Assembly: GCA_963810185.1 (NCBI GenBank)
Contig: CAWEMJ010000007.1
Coordinates: 220,447-284,446 of the forward strand
Length of the DNA: 64,000 nt
Reading direction: 5' to 3'
Source of the DNA: an uncultured Gemmatimonadales bacterium
GTDB lineage: Bacteria; Gemmatimonadota; Gemmatimonadetes; Gemmatimonadales; GWC2-71-9
Made by a program: the position numbers and the translations under genes. The stretch's first letter is position 1; each line of letters starts with the position of its first letter. Below, piece by piece: positions 8,914 to 18,708 of this stretch. Below the pieces are notes generated by a model. That model was not told where the DNA came from and made no database searches. It worked only from the letters and a program-made list of their open reading frames with translations.

Positions 8914-11238
8914 ATGCCGGCCACCACCGAACGCGCCACCATTCCCGTCACGGGAATGACCTGTGCCGCCTGCAGCGCCCGCATTCAGCGCACGCTCGAG
9001 CGCACCCCCGGGGTGGCCTCCGCCAACGTGAACCTGATGACCAACTCCGCCACCGTGGAGTGGAATCCGGCGCTGTCCACCATCGACGCCCTCGTCACGA
9101 CCATTCGAGACACCGGTTACGGCGCGGAACTGCCCCGCCCCGAGGCCAACCCCGGCGACGAAGAGACCGCCGATGAGCGGCGTCTTGCCGCCGAACAGGC
9201 CACGCTCCGCCGGAAGGTGACGGTCAGCCTGGTGGCCGCCGCCGTCGCCATGGTCATCGGCATTCCGCTGGGTGAAGCCGCGGCCGCCGAGGGCGCGGCT
9301 GATCCGCTGATGCACCTGATGATGCCGCTGGGCGACGCCCTCCGCGCGGTATCGCCAGGCCTCTTCTCCGTGACGGCCGGCACCTGGCGCTGGACGCTCC
9401 TCGTCCTGACGCTGCCCATCGTGTTCTGGGCCGGCCGCCATTTCTACGTGCGCGCCTGGGCCGCCGCGCGGCACGGCGGCGCCGACATGAACACCCTCGT
9501 CTCCGTCGGCACCGGCGCCGCCTTCCTGTTCAGTCTGGCCATGACGGTGGGCGCGCCGTACTTCCTGGCCCGCGGCGTCGAGCCGCACGTGTACTACGAA
9601 GCCGTCATCTGGATCATCGCGCTCATCCTCCTCGGCAATTACCTCGAGTCTCGCGCCAAGGGCCGCACCTCGGCGGCCATCCGCAAGCTGGTGGCCCTCC
9701 GTCCGGACACCGCACACGTGATGCGGGGCGGGGAAGTGGTCGACGTTCCGCTCGACCAGGTCCGCACCGGCGACCTGCTCCTCGTCCGCCCCGGCGAGAC
9801 GATCCCCGTGGACGGTGTCGTCGTGGAAGGCACCACCTTCGTGGACGAGGCGATGCTGACCGGTGAGCCGACTCCGGTGGCCAAGCAATCCGGAAGTACC
9901 GTCGTGGGCGCCACGCTCAACCGTGCCGGCGCCATCCGGTTCCGCGCCACGCGGGTAGGCGGCGACACCGTGCTCGCGCAGATCATCCGCATGGTGCGCG
10001 AGGCCCAGGGGGCCAAGGCACCGATCCAACAGCTCTCCGACCGCATCGCCGCCGTCTTCGTGCCGGTGGTCATCCTCATCGCCCTCGGCACCTTCGCCGC
10101 CTGGTATTTCGTGGGGCCGGAGCCGCGTGTGGTCCGCGCACTCGCCGCCGCCGTCACGGTGCTGATCATCGCCTGCCCATGCGCCATGGGGCTCGCGGTG
10201 CCCACAGCGGTCATGGTGGCGACGGGGCGCGGCGCGGAGCGGGGAGTGCTGTTCAAGGGCGGCCATATTCTCCAGCGCACCGCCGAGCTCCAGGTCATCG
10301 TGCTCGACAAGACCGGCACCATCACCGCGGGCAGCCCGGCGGTCACCGATGTCTGGGCGCTCGGGGCAGGGAACGACTCCGCCATGCTGGCGGCCGCCGC
10401 CGCGCTCGAGAAGATGAGCGAGCATCCCCTTGGCGAGGCCATTGTGGCGGCGGCACGCGCGCGCGGCTTGGCCATCCCGACGGTCACGGAGTTCCAGGTG
10501 ACGCCGGGGAAGGGTGCGGTCGGCGTCGTGGAGGGCCAGGGCGTGCTGGTGGGCAACCGCGCGATGCTCGCCGACTGGGGTGTCGACCCGGCGCCGCTCG
10601 CCGCCGAGGCGGACCAGCTCGCCGCCAGCGGCGCCACTCCCGTGCTCGTGGCCATCGGCGGCGAGGCCGCGGGGATCATCGCGGTGGCCGACCCGATCAA
10701 GCCGACCAGCGCTGCCGCCGTGGCCGCGCTCCGCGCGCTCGGACTCGAGGTCGTGATGCTCACTGGCGACGTCCGCGGCACGGCGGAGAGCGTCGCGCGT
10801 CAGATCGGGATCGAGCGGGTCGTGTCCGAGGTACTGCCGGAACACAAGCGCGATGAAATCCAGCGGCTGCAGGGGGAGGGGAAAGTCGTGGGGATGGTGG
10901 GCGACGGACTCAACGACGCCCCGGCGCTCGCCCAGGCCGACGTCGGCATCGCCATTGGCACCGGCACCGACGTGGCGGTCGAGGCGGGCGACGTCACCCT
11001 CATGCGCGGCGACCTGGCCGGCGTGCCCGAGGCGGTGCGACTCGCCCGGCGCACCCTGCGCGTCATCAAGCAGAACCTCTTCTGGGCCTTCGCCTACAAC
11101 GTGGTGGGCATTCCGGTGGCGGCCGGGGCGCTCTATCCGATGTTCGGACTCCTCCTCACCCCGACCATGGCGGCCGCGGCCATGGCGGTGAGCAGTGTGT
11201 CCGTGGTCTCCAACAGCCTCCGCCTCCGGAGGGCCTGA
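8914..11238 (+). CDS. copA: Cu(I)-translocating P1B-type ATPase
   Basis: ORF 8815..11238. I place the start at ATG 8914 ([24 protein letters not shown]), just after the copZ stop. It has one HMA domain, the CPC transmembrane motif ([13 protein letters not shown]), DKTGTIT and [16 protein letters not shown]. Confidence 0.95.
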   Translation: MPATTERATIPVTGMTCAACSARIQRTLERTPGVASANVNLMTNSATVEWNPALSTIDALVTTIRDTGYGAELPRPEANPGDEETADERRLAAEQATLRRKVTVSLVAAAVAMVIGIPLGEAAAAEGAADPLMHLMMPLGDALRAVSPGLFSVTAGTWRWTLLVLTLPIVFWAGRHFYVRAWAAARHGGADMNTLVSVGTGAAFLFSLAMTVGAPYFLARGVEPHVYYEAVIWIIALILLGNYLESRAKGRTSAAIRKLVALRPDTAHVMRGGEVVDVPLDQVRTGDLLLVRPGETIPVDGVVVEGTTFVDEAMLTGEPTPVAKQSGSTVVGATLNRAGAIRFRATRVGGDTVLAQIIRMVREAQGAKAPIQQLSDRIAAVFVPVVILIALGTFAAWYFVGPEPRVVRALAAAVTVLIIACPCAMGLAVPTAVMVATGRGAERGVLFKGGHILQRTAELQVIVLDKTGTITAGSPAVTDVWALGAGNDSAMLAAAAALEKMSEHPLGEAIVAAARARGLAIPTVTEFQVTPGKGAVGVVEGQGVLVGNRAMLADWGVDPAPLAAEADQLAASGATPVLVAIGGEAAGIIAVADPIKPTSAAAVAALRALGLEVVMLTGDVRGTAESVARQIGIERVVSEVLPEHKRDEIQRLQGEGKVVGMVGDGLNDAPALAQADVGIAIGTGTDVAVEAGDVTLMRGDLAGVPEAVRLARRTLRVIKQNLFWAFAYNVVGIPVAAGALYPMFGLLLTPTMAAAAMAVSSVSVVSNSLRLRRA

Positions 11239-11609
11239 TGCGCGCGTCCACGCCCGACCACGACCTCCCAGCCGACGAATCCCACGCGCCGTGTGCCTGC
11301 GCCCGCCCCGGTGACGGCACCCACGCGGTGGCGGTGGACCCCGCGCTCAAGGAAGCGGCCTTGAATCGGCTCAAACGGATCGAGGGGCAGGTGCGGGGCC
11401 TGCAGCGGATGCTGGAGGACGAACGTTACTGCGCGGATGTTCTGACGCAGATCTCGTCGGTCCACGAGGCGCTCCGCGGGGTCGCCCGGATTCTGTTCCG
11501 GAACCACCTGGAGCACTGCGCCGCCACCGCCATTCGCTCGGGCAGCGAGGAGCAGACCGGCGCCATGTATGATGAGTTGGTGGAGTTGTTGTACCGGAGT
11601 GCGAGATAG
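11238..11609 (+). CDS. csoR: CsoR/RcnR-family metal-sensing transcriptional repressor
   Basis: 123 aa. LNRLKRIEGQVRGLQRMLEDERYCADVLTQISSVHEALRGVARILFRNHLEHC is the DUF156/CsoR core with Cys-His-Cys ligand positions. Its ATG overlaps the copA TGA (TGATG). Confidence 0.85.
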   Translation: MRASTPDHDLPADESHAPCACARPGDGTHAVAVDPALKEAALNRLKRIEGQVRGLQRMLEDERYCADVLTQISSVHEALRGVARILFRNHLEHCAATAIRSGSEEQTGAMYDELVELLYRSAR

Positions 11610-11628
11610 GCAGGGCAGGGGGACAGAC

Positions 11629-11659
11629 GGGCCGCGGGGCAGTTACTGCCCCGCGGCCC
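11629..11659. terminator. Bidirectional hairpin between convergent csoR and the MFS gene
   Basis: Perfect 15-bp palindrome GGGCCGCGGGGCAGT-T-ACTGCCCCGCGGCCC (11629-11659). It overlaps the last codons of the MFS gene. There is no clear U-run. Confidence 0.5.
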
Positions 11660-13217
11660 CGCGGCCCAGCGGCCCCGCCACGACCACGGGATGTGTCGCC
11701 GTCGTCCGCGCGATGACAAACTCCATGTCCCGAAGCACCGTGCCCACGCCAAGCAGGAGCACCATGCCGCCGGCAATGATGGCCGCCGGCAGGATGAACA
11801 TGGCCCGGTCGATGCCGAAGCGGTCGGAGAGGAAGCCGACCAGTGGGAGTGCGATCGCGTCGCCCGCAACGTGGATGAAGAGCAGGTAGGCGCCCACCAC
11901 GGTGGCGCCGATCCGGGCCGGCGCCACGTCGAAGACCGCCGCGATGACGGGGCCATTGTAGAGCGTGAGGAAGAAGAACGCCACCGCGAACACCGGCACG
12001 AACAGGCGTAGGTCCCGCACTGACAAGAGCCAGATGGCCAACGGCCCCCCGACGAACAGCCCCAGCGACGACACCAGCATCCGGCCCCGCCCGGTGTACT
12101 TCCCAAGCCAGTCGGCGATGAACCCACCGGCAAGGGTGCCCGCGGTGCCCGCCAGCAGTCCCCACTGACCGAGCAAGAGCGTCCCCTGCGCCACACTGAG
12201 TCCCAGCGCACGCGACATGAAGGTCGGCGCCCACCCCACCAGGCCGTTCATGCCGAACGAGACCAGCGCGCCACCCACAAACAGGTACTTCAGCGTCGGC
12301 GTGCGGAAGACGGTGTCCACTGCAATCTTCATCTCGCCGAGCGCGTCGTTCATGCTCTCAGCCGGCAGGAAATCGAAAATCATGTCCTTCCGGCGATTGG
12401 CCCGGACCACCAGGACCAGATTGCCGGCGAGCCCGAGCCCGATGCCGGTGGCCAGCGCGGCCATGTCGAGGCTCGAGGTAGCGCCGTAGCGGCTGTCGAG
12501 GATCCACGCCGCGATGGCGCCGAACGCCGATCCGAGGAGGAACGGCCACGCCACCTTGAACGCACCGGTGGCGCCCAACTCGAGCTGCCGCCAGTACTGC
12601 CGTACGGTGAACACCGGGGGTGGCCGGTTCGGATCGGTCAGCCGCGCCACGAGCGCCGCCAGGAGAAATCCCGGCACGGCCACGGCCATCATGGCAATGC
12701 GCCAGCCGTAGAACTGCTCCAGCTGTCCGGCGATGGCGATGCCGACGACCCCACCGATCGGGATACCGGCCGAGAAGACCCCCATGGCCACGGCCCGCCG
12801 GCGACCCGGGAAGTAGTCCGCCACGAGCGAGGCGGCGGCGGCGGTGAACGCCGCCGCGCCGACGCCAACCGCGGCCCGCGCCAGGAACATCCCCCAGAAG
12901 CCGCGCGAAAGGCCCGCAAGAAAGGCGAATGCGCTCCAGACCACGACACCCGCGGCGGCCACCGCGCGCCGGGAACGCAGGTCGCTCAGGACGCCGAAGG
13001 GAAAGACCGCCACCGAAAACAAGAGCACGAAGGCGGAGGCGATCCACCCGATATGAGTATCAGTGAGGTGAAGATCGAGCTCGATCGGGGGGACGAGGGC
13101 GAATATGACGTTGCGGTTGACGTAGCTCAGCAGGTTGAGGAGTGCCAGCAGCGCGAGCGCGTACCAGCCGTACGCGCGCGTCGGTCCTGGTGCAGTCGGG
13201 GGACTGCTAGTGGCCAC
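11643..13217 (-). CDS. MFS transporter (spinster-like)
   Basis: 524 aa with about 12 predicted TM helices. MFS signature region ...[44 protein letters not shown]...LSDLRSRR. Last gene of a five-gene overlapping operon. Confidence 0.85.
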   Translation of the reverse strand: MATSSPPTAPGPTRAYGWYALALLALLNLLSYVNRNVIFALVPPIELDLHLTDTHIGWIASAFVLLFSVAVFPFGVLSDLRSRRAVAAAGVVVWSAFAFLAGLSRGFWGMFLARAAVGVGAAAFTAAAASLVADYFPGRRRAVAMGVFSAGIPIGGVVGIAIAGQLEQFYGWRIAMMAVAVPGFLLAALVARLTDPNRPPPVFTVRQYWRQLELGATGAFKVAWPFLLGSAFGAIAAWILDSRYGATSSLDMAALATGIGLGLAGNLVLVVRANRRKDMIFDFLPAESMNDALGEMKIAVDTVFRTPTLKYLFVGGALVSFGMNGLVGWAPTFMSRALGLSVAQGTLLLGQWGLLAGTAGTLAGGFIADWLGKYTGRGRMLVSSLGLFVGGPLAIWLLSVRDLRLFVPVFAVAFFFLTLYNGPVIAAVFDVAPARIGATVVGAYLLFIHVAGDAIALPLVGFLSDRFGIDRAMFILPAAIIAGGMVLLLGVGTVLRDMEFVIARTTATHPVVVAGPLGRGAAGQ

Positions 13218-14352
13218 CCCGATCTCCCTTGGCGTCGTCGGCCCGCTGGTTTCGGAAGGACAGGGCGGCGCGGTACTCCGTCACCAGGCGCTCCATCATC
13301 GCGTCGCGCCGGTCGTAGAGCCGCTTGACCGGCCGCGGTGCCACCCGCTGCAGTGCGTAGGCGGTTAACAGCGGCAGGGTGATCGTGTTGTCGGCGTAGC
13401 AGACCACCGTGCCCGGGAGCTGATCGGGGTCGATCTTGCCCCAGCTGACCGCCTCGTTGGGCGTCGCGCCCGAGAGGCCGCCCACATCGGGGCGGGCGTC
13501 GGTCATCTGCAGGAAGTAGTCGTGCCCGCGTTCATCGATGCCGAGCACCTCCTGGATTTGCGGCTCGGTCTGGAGCATGAAGTTCTTGGGGCTCCCGCCG
13601 CCCGCGATGAGCACCCCGCTCTTTCCGCCGGTACGCTTGGCCTCGAGCACGATGGCCGCCGTCTCGTTCACGTCGGCGCTCACGTCGAAGCGGAGCAGGC
13701 TCCCCGCCAGCGCCTGTTCGGCCACGTTCATCCCGATCGAACTGTCGCCGGGGGAGCTGGTGTAGATCGGCACGGCAAGTTCGTGCGCCGTGGAAAGCAC
13801 CGAGCGCTTCGAGAGCCCGAGCGCCGCCTCCCGCTCCCGGAGGTAGCCGCCCAGCAGGTAGTGGTACTCCGCGGAGCTCATGGCGCGCTGGAACTCCGGC
13901 CGTGCCGACACCTCCCGCACAAAGGCGTCGGTCGACAGAAGCACATTGTAATCGAAGAAGATGTCGTAGATGCGTACCACGCCCTTGTCGCGGAGCTCGA
14001 CGTCGTCGGCGTCGTGGCGGCCGCGGTGAAGCGCGAGGCCGAGCGCAAAGTGCGCGTCGTGGTACAGGTTGGCGCCGGTCGAGATGATCCAGTCCACGAA
14101 TCCCGCCTCCATCAGCGGGATGAGGCAGCTCATGCCGATGCCGGCCGGCGTCATGGCGCCGGTCAGGCTCATCCCCACGGTCGTATCGGGCAACAGCATC
14201 CGGGTGGTGAAGAGCTGGCAGGCCTCGCGGAGCCGTCCGGCGTTGTAGGCCAGAAAGGCGTTGTCCACCAGGTCGGCCACCTGCTCCGCGCCGGTGATGG
14301 CCTTGGGGTCGATCCGCTGGCCACGGAGGTAGGGGCCCGAGGGACGTGTCAT
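13207..14352 (-). CDS. Deoxyhypusine synthase-like / homospermidine synthase-like protein
   Basis: ORF 13207..14409. The preferred start is ATG 14352 (MTRPSGPY...), with GGAG 9 nt upstream and no overlap with LOG. DHS-family segments are present: [39 protein letters not shown]...IYDIFFDY...[14 protein letters not shown]. Confidence 0.85.
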   Translation of the reverse strand: MTRPSGPYLRGQRIDPKAITGAEQVADLVDNAFLAYNAGRLREACQLFTTRMLLPDTTVGMSLTGAMTPAGIGMSCLIPLMEAGFVDWIISTGANLYHDAHFALGLALHRGRHDADDVELRDKGVVRIYDIFFDYNVLLSTDAFVREVSARPEFQRAMSSAEYHYLLGGYLREREAALGLSKRSVLSTAHELAVPIYTSSPGDSSIGMNVAEQALAGSLLRFDVSADVNETAAIVLEAKRTGGKSGVLIAGGGSPKNFMLQTEPQIQEVLGIDERGHDYFLQMTDARPDVGGLSGATPNEAVSWGKIDPDQLPGTVVCYADNTITLPLLTAYALQRVAPRPVKRLYDRRDAMMERLVTEYRAALSFRNQRADDAKGDRGGH

Positions 14353-14377
14353 GCCGTACTCCGGTCTGGACGGGTGG

Positions 14378-15121
14378 TCAGGTCCGCTTGGCGCGGGCGT
14401 CGAGGACAATCCGGACCGCTTCTTCCGGGTCGTCCGTCACGTGGAACAGCGTCAGGTCGGCTGCGTCGATGTTCCCCGCGCCCGCCACCGTGCGCGAGAG
14501 CCACTCCACCATCCCGTCCCAGTACGCCCGGCCGAAGAGGATGACGGGAAAGGACTTCACCTTGCCGGTCTGGATCAGGGTGAGCGCCTCGAAGAGCTCG
14601 TCCATGGTACCAAAGCCGCCGGGAAAGACGATGAAGGCGGTGGCATACTTGACGAACATCGTCTTGCGGACAAAGAAGAACTTGAAGAGCAGGTTCTTGG
14701 TGAGATACGGATTGTTCCCTTGCTCGAAGGGCAGCTCGATGTTGCACCCGACGGACTCCCCTCCCGCCTCCTTGGCGCCGCGGTTGCCTGCCTCCATGAT
14801 CCCGGGGCCGCCGCCGGTAATGACCGGGATGCCGTGATCCGCAAGGAGGCGCCCCACCGCCACCGCTTCGCGATAGTAGCGGTCGTCGCCCTTGGTCCGG
14901 GCCGACCCGAAGATGGACACGCCGTCCTTGATCGGCGCGAGGTTGTCGAATCCCCAGACGAACTCCCCCATGATCCGCAGCACGCGCCACGAATCGCTGA
15001 TCTTGAGGGCGTCAGCCCGCTGCCGCTCCGCGTCGGTGGCAAACCGGTCGAAGAGCAGTTCGTCTTCGGTCAGGCTGCGGTCGATGGGGCGCCTGGGCGG
15101 AATCGGGACGTCAGCGGCCAT
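14378..15121 (-). CDS. LOG-family (TIGR00730-type) Rossmann-fold nucleotide N-glycosidase
   Basis: 247 aa. VSIFGSART...[18 protein letters not shown]...[10 protein letters not shown]...[22 protein letters not shown] are the PGGxGTxxE and GGGxGxM LOG motifs. Confidence 0.9.
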   Translation of the reverse strand: MAADVPIPPRRPIDRSLTEDELLFDRFATDAERQRADALKISDSWRVLRIMGEFVWGFDNLAPIKDGVSIFGSARTKGDDRYYREAVAVGRLLADHGIPVITGGGPGIMEAGNRGAKEAGGESVGCNIELPFEQGNNPYLTKNLLFKFFFVRKTMFVKYATAFIVFPGGFGTMDELFEALTLIQTGKVKSFPVILFGRAYWDGMVEWLSRTVAGAGNIDAADLTLFHVTDDPEEAVRIVLDARAKRT

Positions 15122-16268
15122 GGGTCAGGCACTCCAGCAGGGCCCGGTGGTCATCGGGCACGTTATAGAAGAAGGGTGACACACGCACGTGACCCGGGCG
15201 GGCGTCGACAATGAACCCCGCCTCGGCCAGCCGGCGCACGTCCGCCGCCGGGTCGGGGGATGGGAGCATGACGATGGCGCTGCGGTCGTCCGCATGCGCT
15301 GCCACTCGCGGGACGAATCCGTGCGCCAGGGCGGCGGCGATCAGGTCTTCCGTCAGTGCGGCCGTGGCGGCACGAATGGCGGGCACGCCGATTTCCTCGA
15401 TCACGTCGAGACCACCGAGCTGGGCGTATACCGGCATCAGTGGCGGAGTGCCGGCCTCGAGCCGGCGAGCATCATCGTGCAGCTCCAGCGCGCGCGGATC
15501 GAACCGGAACTGTTCCCGGTGGGCAAACCATCCAGTCACCGTGGGGGACAGGGTCGGTGTCACATCGGGCCGTGCGTACAGGAACGCCACGCCGGTCCCG
15601 CCGAGGAGCCACTTGAGGCCGCCGCCCAAATAGAAGTCGACGCCCAGCGCCTGCACGTCCACGGGAAGTTGCCCGGCGGCCTGGTAGCCGTCCACCAGGC
15701 AGAGCGCACCGGCGCGGTGCGCAATGGCCGAGAGTGCCGCCGCGTCCTGGATGGCTCCGCTGGTGAAGAACACGTGGCTGGTGGCCACCAGCGCCGTGCG
15801 ATCATTCACCGCACGTTCGAACATCTCCAGCGGCACGGTGATCCCGTCCGGGCTTTCCAGTACCACGACCTCGACGCCGTCCCGCTGTTTGGCCATCCAT
15901 TGGTAACCGATGGTGGGAAAATCGAGGCTGGTCACCACCACCCTCGGCCGCGCGCGGTAATCGAGGGTCGACGCCACCACCCCGAGCGCGCTCGACACGT
16001 TGGGATGGAGCGCGACCGACCCGGCGGGTGCATGGATCAGCCTTCCATACCTGGTGCGCAACTCATCCAGCGCCGCCCACCAGGTTTCGTACCAGGCCGA
16101 GGCCCCGCGGGTGTCCCAGAGATCGAGATACTCGTTGACTCGTGCCCGCGAACGGCGAGAGAGTGCGCCCAGCGAACAGCTGTTCAGGTAAATGCAGCGC
16201 TCGAAGATCGGGAATTCGGCCCGGGAGCGCGCGGCGATGGACTCGGGCATGTCGCTACTGATTCCCAA
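15111..16268 (-). CDS. Class-V aminotransferase-fold PLP-dependent enzyme
   Basis: 385 aa. IYLNSCSLGALS...SHVFFTSGAIQD...VDGYQAAGQLPVDVQALGVDFYLGGGLKWLLGG, a kynureninase/cysteine-desulfurase-like fold with the putative PLP lysine in GGLKW. Confidence 0.85.
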   Translation of the reverse strand: MGISSDMPESIAARSRAEFPIFERCIYLNSCSLGALSRRSRARVNEYLDLWDTRGASAWYETWWAALDELRTRYGRLIHAPAGSVALHPNVSSALGVVASTLDYRARPRVVVTSLDFPTIGYQWMAKQRDGVEVVVLESPDGITVPLEMFERAVNDRTALVATSHVFFTSGAIQDAAALSAIAHRAGALCLVDGYQAAGQLPVDVQALGVDFYLGGGLKWLLGGTGVAFLYARPDVTPTLSPTVTGWFAHREQFRFDPRALELHDDARRLEAGTPPLMPVYAQLGGLDVIEEIGVPAIRAATAALTEDLIAAALAHGFVPRVAAHADDRSAIVMLPSPDPAADVRRLAEAGFIVDARPGHVRVSPFFYNVPDDHRALLECLTHGR

Positions 16269-17328
16269 AGGTCCAGCTCAGCCCGGAATTAATGCCATAG
16301 TCGTTGCCCGACGTCCCTGCGGGGGGCTGGGTGTCCCAGTTGCCGTAGAACGAGAGGTTCCAGTTGATGGTGCCGAAGAGCTTCAGAAAGTAGGACGCGT
16401 TGGTATTGAAGAAGAAGCGGCCTGGCTCGGTGAGGGAGGGGATCGCGTCGACGGTCAGGCTCAACGTGGTCCGTTTGAATTTCACGTAGTTGAGCTTGCC
16501 GAGCAGCATGATACCGACTAGTTCCTGCGATGTGGCCGTGGTCACGGAGGATTCGTAGTTGGTCGTCTGATAGACCAGCCCCCCGACGACGCTCACCCGC
16601 ACGTTGCTCGTCTTCTTCAGATACCGGCCGATACCCGCGCCCAGGTTGGCCTGGAGGCTGATCTGCTGCTCGGCGCTCTGGAGGCCGCTCCCGAAGCCGG
16701 TGTAATACCAGTTGTTCCAGCGCATGAGGTGAGCCCCGACGAGACTGAGGTTGTTCCGTGTCGATGCCGTGGCGCCGGTGCTGTTGGAAAAATTGGAGTT
16801 GAAGGTGAGGGCAGCACTCCACCGGGGGCGCGGGTAGTTGACGTTGGACGCGATGTTGTAGGTGGTGGTGTTGTTGCCCTTTGCAAAGCTGATGCCCGAC
16901 GTCAGGTTGCCGTTCAGGCGGCCGAAGAATGTCGTGGACGTCCGGCTCAGCCCGGCGATGCGTGACTTGTCGAATGTCAGCTGCGGGCCATCCGGCTGCG
17001 CGATCTCGACCAGGACCGAGTCGCTCCCCTCCACCGGATGCACCGAGATGTGTCCCGTGTAGACCGAGCCGTCGTCGAGCTCCACCAGAAAGAGCTGCGG
17101 GCTTTCGATGCTCGCAATGCGCGACCAGTTCACGGTAATGGTCCCGTCCACGTAGTCGAGCGACACGTAGACAGCCCCCGCGTCCATGGTCTTGATCTCG
17201 CAGGTCATCCGGTCGCCGTTCTTCATGAAAATCATGTCCGTCTTCGGCCCGAGGGCCATCGGCGGATTGAAGAGGAGGGCGGCGCCCAGCAGGGCGGTTC
17301 CGAAGAGCATGCAATCTCCCGATACCAA
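16255..17328 (-). CDS. DUF481-like outer-membrane beta-barrel protein
   Basis: 357 aa with a signal peptide, an N-terminal soluble module (IFMKNGDRMTCEIKTMDAG...) and a C-terminal barrel ending ...GINSGLSWTFGNQ. First gene of the operon. Its G+C is noticeably lower than that of its neighbours. Confidence 0.7.
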   Translation of the reverse strand: MVSGDCMLFGTALLGAALLFNPPMALGPKTDMIFMKNGDRMTCEIKTMDAGAVYVSLDYVDGTITVNWSRIASIESPQLFLVELDDGSVYTGHISVHPVEGSDSVLVEIAQPDGPQLTFDKSRIAGLSRTSTTFFGRLNGNLTSGISFAKGNNTTTYNIASNVNYPRPRWSAALTFNSNFSNSTGATASTRNNLSLVGAHLMRWNNWYYTGFGSGLQSAEQQISLQANLGAGIGRYLKKTSNVRVSVVGGLVYQTTNYESSVTTATSQELVGIMLLGKLNYVKFKRTTLSLTVDAIPSLTEPGRFFFNTNASYFLKLFGTINWNLSFYGNWDTQPPAGTSGNDYGINSGLSWTFGNQ

Positions 17329-17384
17329 TTGCGCGAGGCGGACTGCCCCGGCGCTTCACGCAGGAAGAATACTACCACACCTGC

Positions 17385-17732
17385 ATGCGCAGTCCCCAGT
17401 CCTCGGTCCTCATATATATTCCCCTGATGCCCCCCACGTCCGACCACCTCGAACATCCCGGCGCCGCGCGCTACCGCGGCTCGTGGGGCGGCCTTCTGTT
17501 GGGCGCCGCGCTTCGCGCCGCCGTCAACCCGCGGCTCGCCTGGGACCTGCTTCGGGCGGGCTGGGCCTTTCGCCGGCGGCGCTGGTGGGCCGACCCACCC
17601 TTCCTCCCAGTGCCCGACCGTACCTACCTCCGCTGGCGGATGTACACCGCCTATGGCGCCGAGGACGCCGTACCCCCGCTTGAGGACATGCTTCGGTTTG
17701 TCCGCTGGCGTCGGGAAACCATGGGTCTCTGA
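17385..17732 (+). CDS. Hypothetical Trp/Arg-rich protein upstream of queG
   Basis: 115-aa ORF; an alternative start is ATG 17427 (MPPTSDHLE...). Third-position G+C is high, consistent with coding. I recognised no family. Confidence 0.4.
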   Translation: MRSPQSSVLIYIPLMPPTSDHLEHPGAARYRGSWGGLLLGAALRAAVNPRLAWDLLRAGWAFRRRRWWADPPFLPVPDRTYLRWRMYTAYGAEDAVPPLEDMLRFVRWRRETMGL

Positions 17733-17748
17733 GCACCACCCGCCGCTC

Positions 17749-18708
17749 GTGACCCTGACCGCCCCTGAGGTGAAGGCCCGTGCCGCCGAGCTCGGCTTCG
17801 TCGCCTGCGGCATCACCGACCTGGGTCCCTCGATTCGCGCCGCAGCCCTCACGCGTTGGCTCGACAAGGGCTACGGCGGGAACATGCGCTACATCAATCG
17901 ACAGGCGAAGAAACGGAAAGACCTGAGGCTGATCGACCCGGTAGCACTCCGCGCCATTGTTATTCTTGATAACTACTACTATCAGGAATCAATCCAGCCG
18001 CGAACCGAACCCAAGGTGGCAATGTATAGTCGTAGTATTGACTACCATCTGGTTACGCTCAATAGAATCAATCAATTAGCTACATGGCTCACCGACCACG
18101 GCGCCCGGACGGCACGGACATACGTAGACACTGGCCCCGTCCCGGAGCGGGAGCTCGCCGAACGCGCCGGACTCGGCTGGATCGGCAAGAACACCATGCT
18201 CCTCCGCCCCGGGCTCGGCTCCTGGTTCGTCATCGGGAGCATCTTCACCGACCTGCCGCTCGACATCGACCCTCCCTTCGAGACCGATCACTGCGGCAGT
18301 TGCACCAAGTGCCTTGATGCCTGCCCGACCGATGCCTTCGTCGAGCCCTACGTCCTGGACGCGACCAAGTGCATCTCCTACCTCACAATCGAGTATAAGA
18401 ACGAGATCCCCGCCGAATTGGCCGGCCAGTTAGGCGGCTGGGCGTTTGGTTGCGATGTGTGCAATGACGTCTGTCCCTGGAATCTGCGTTTTGCGACGGA
18501 ATCGACCGTTCCCGAGTTCCGTCCCAGGGGTGATTTGCGAGGAGCTGGCGAGGACTTCTTCGATCGAATGACCGAGGAGGAGTTCCAGTCGAAGTTTGGC
18601 GACACGCCCTTGGCCCGGCCCGGCCTCGAGCGGATGAGGCGTAACTGGCGAAACGCGTGGGCCAGCCTGCAGGAGGCTCAGCGCCGCGCGGCTGCCGAGC
18701 GCCAGTAG
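17749..18708 (+). CDS. queG: Epoxyqueuosine reductase
   Basis: ORF 17653..18708. The probable start is the in-frame GTG at 17749 (VTLTAPEVKARAAELGF...), just after the upstream stop. Two ferredoxin-type clusters (CGSCTKCLDACPTDAF, GCDVCNDVCPWN), CISYLTIE, and a typical QueG length. Confidence 0.85.
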   Translation: MTLTAPEVKARAAELGFVACGITDLGPSIRAAALTRWLDKGYGGNMRYINRQAKKRKDLRLIDPVALRAIVILDNYYYQESIQPRTEPKVAMYSRSIDYHLVTLNRINQLATWLTDHGARTARTYVDTGPVPERELAERAGLGWIGKNTMLLRPGLGSWFVIGSIFTDLPLDIDPPFETDHCGSCTKCLDACPTDAFVEPYVLDATKCISYLTIEYKNEIPAELAGQLGGWAFGCDVCNDVCPWNLRFATESTVPEFRPRGDLRGAGEDFFDRMTEEEFQSKFGDTPLARPGLERMRRNWRNAWASLQEAQRRAAAERQ

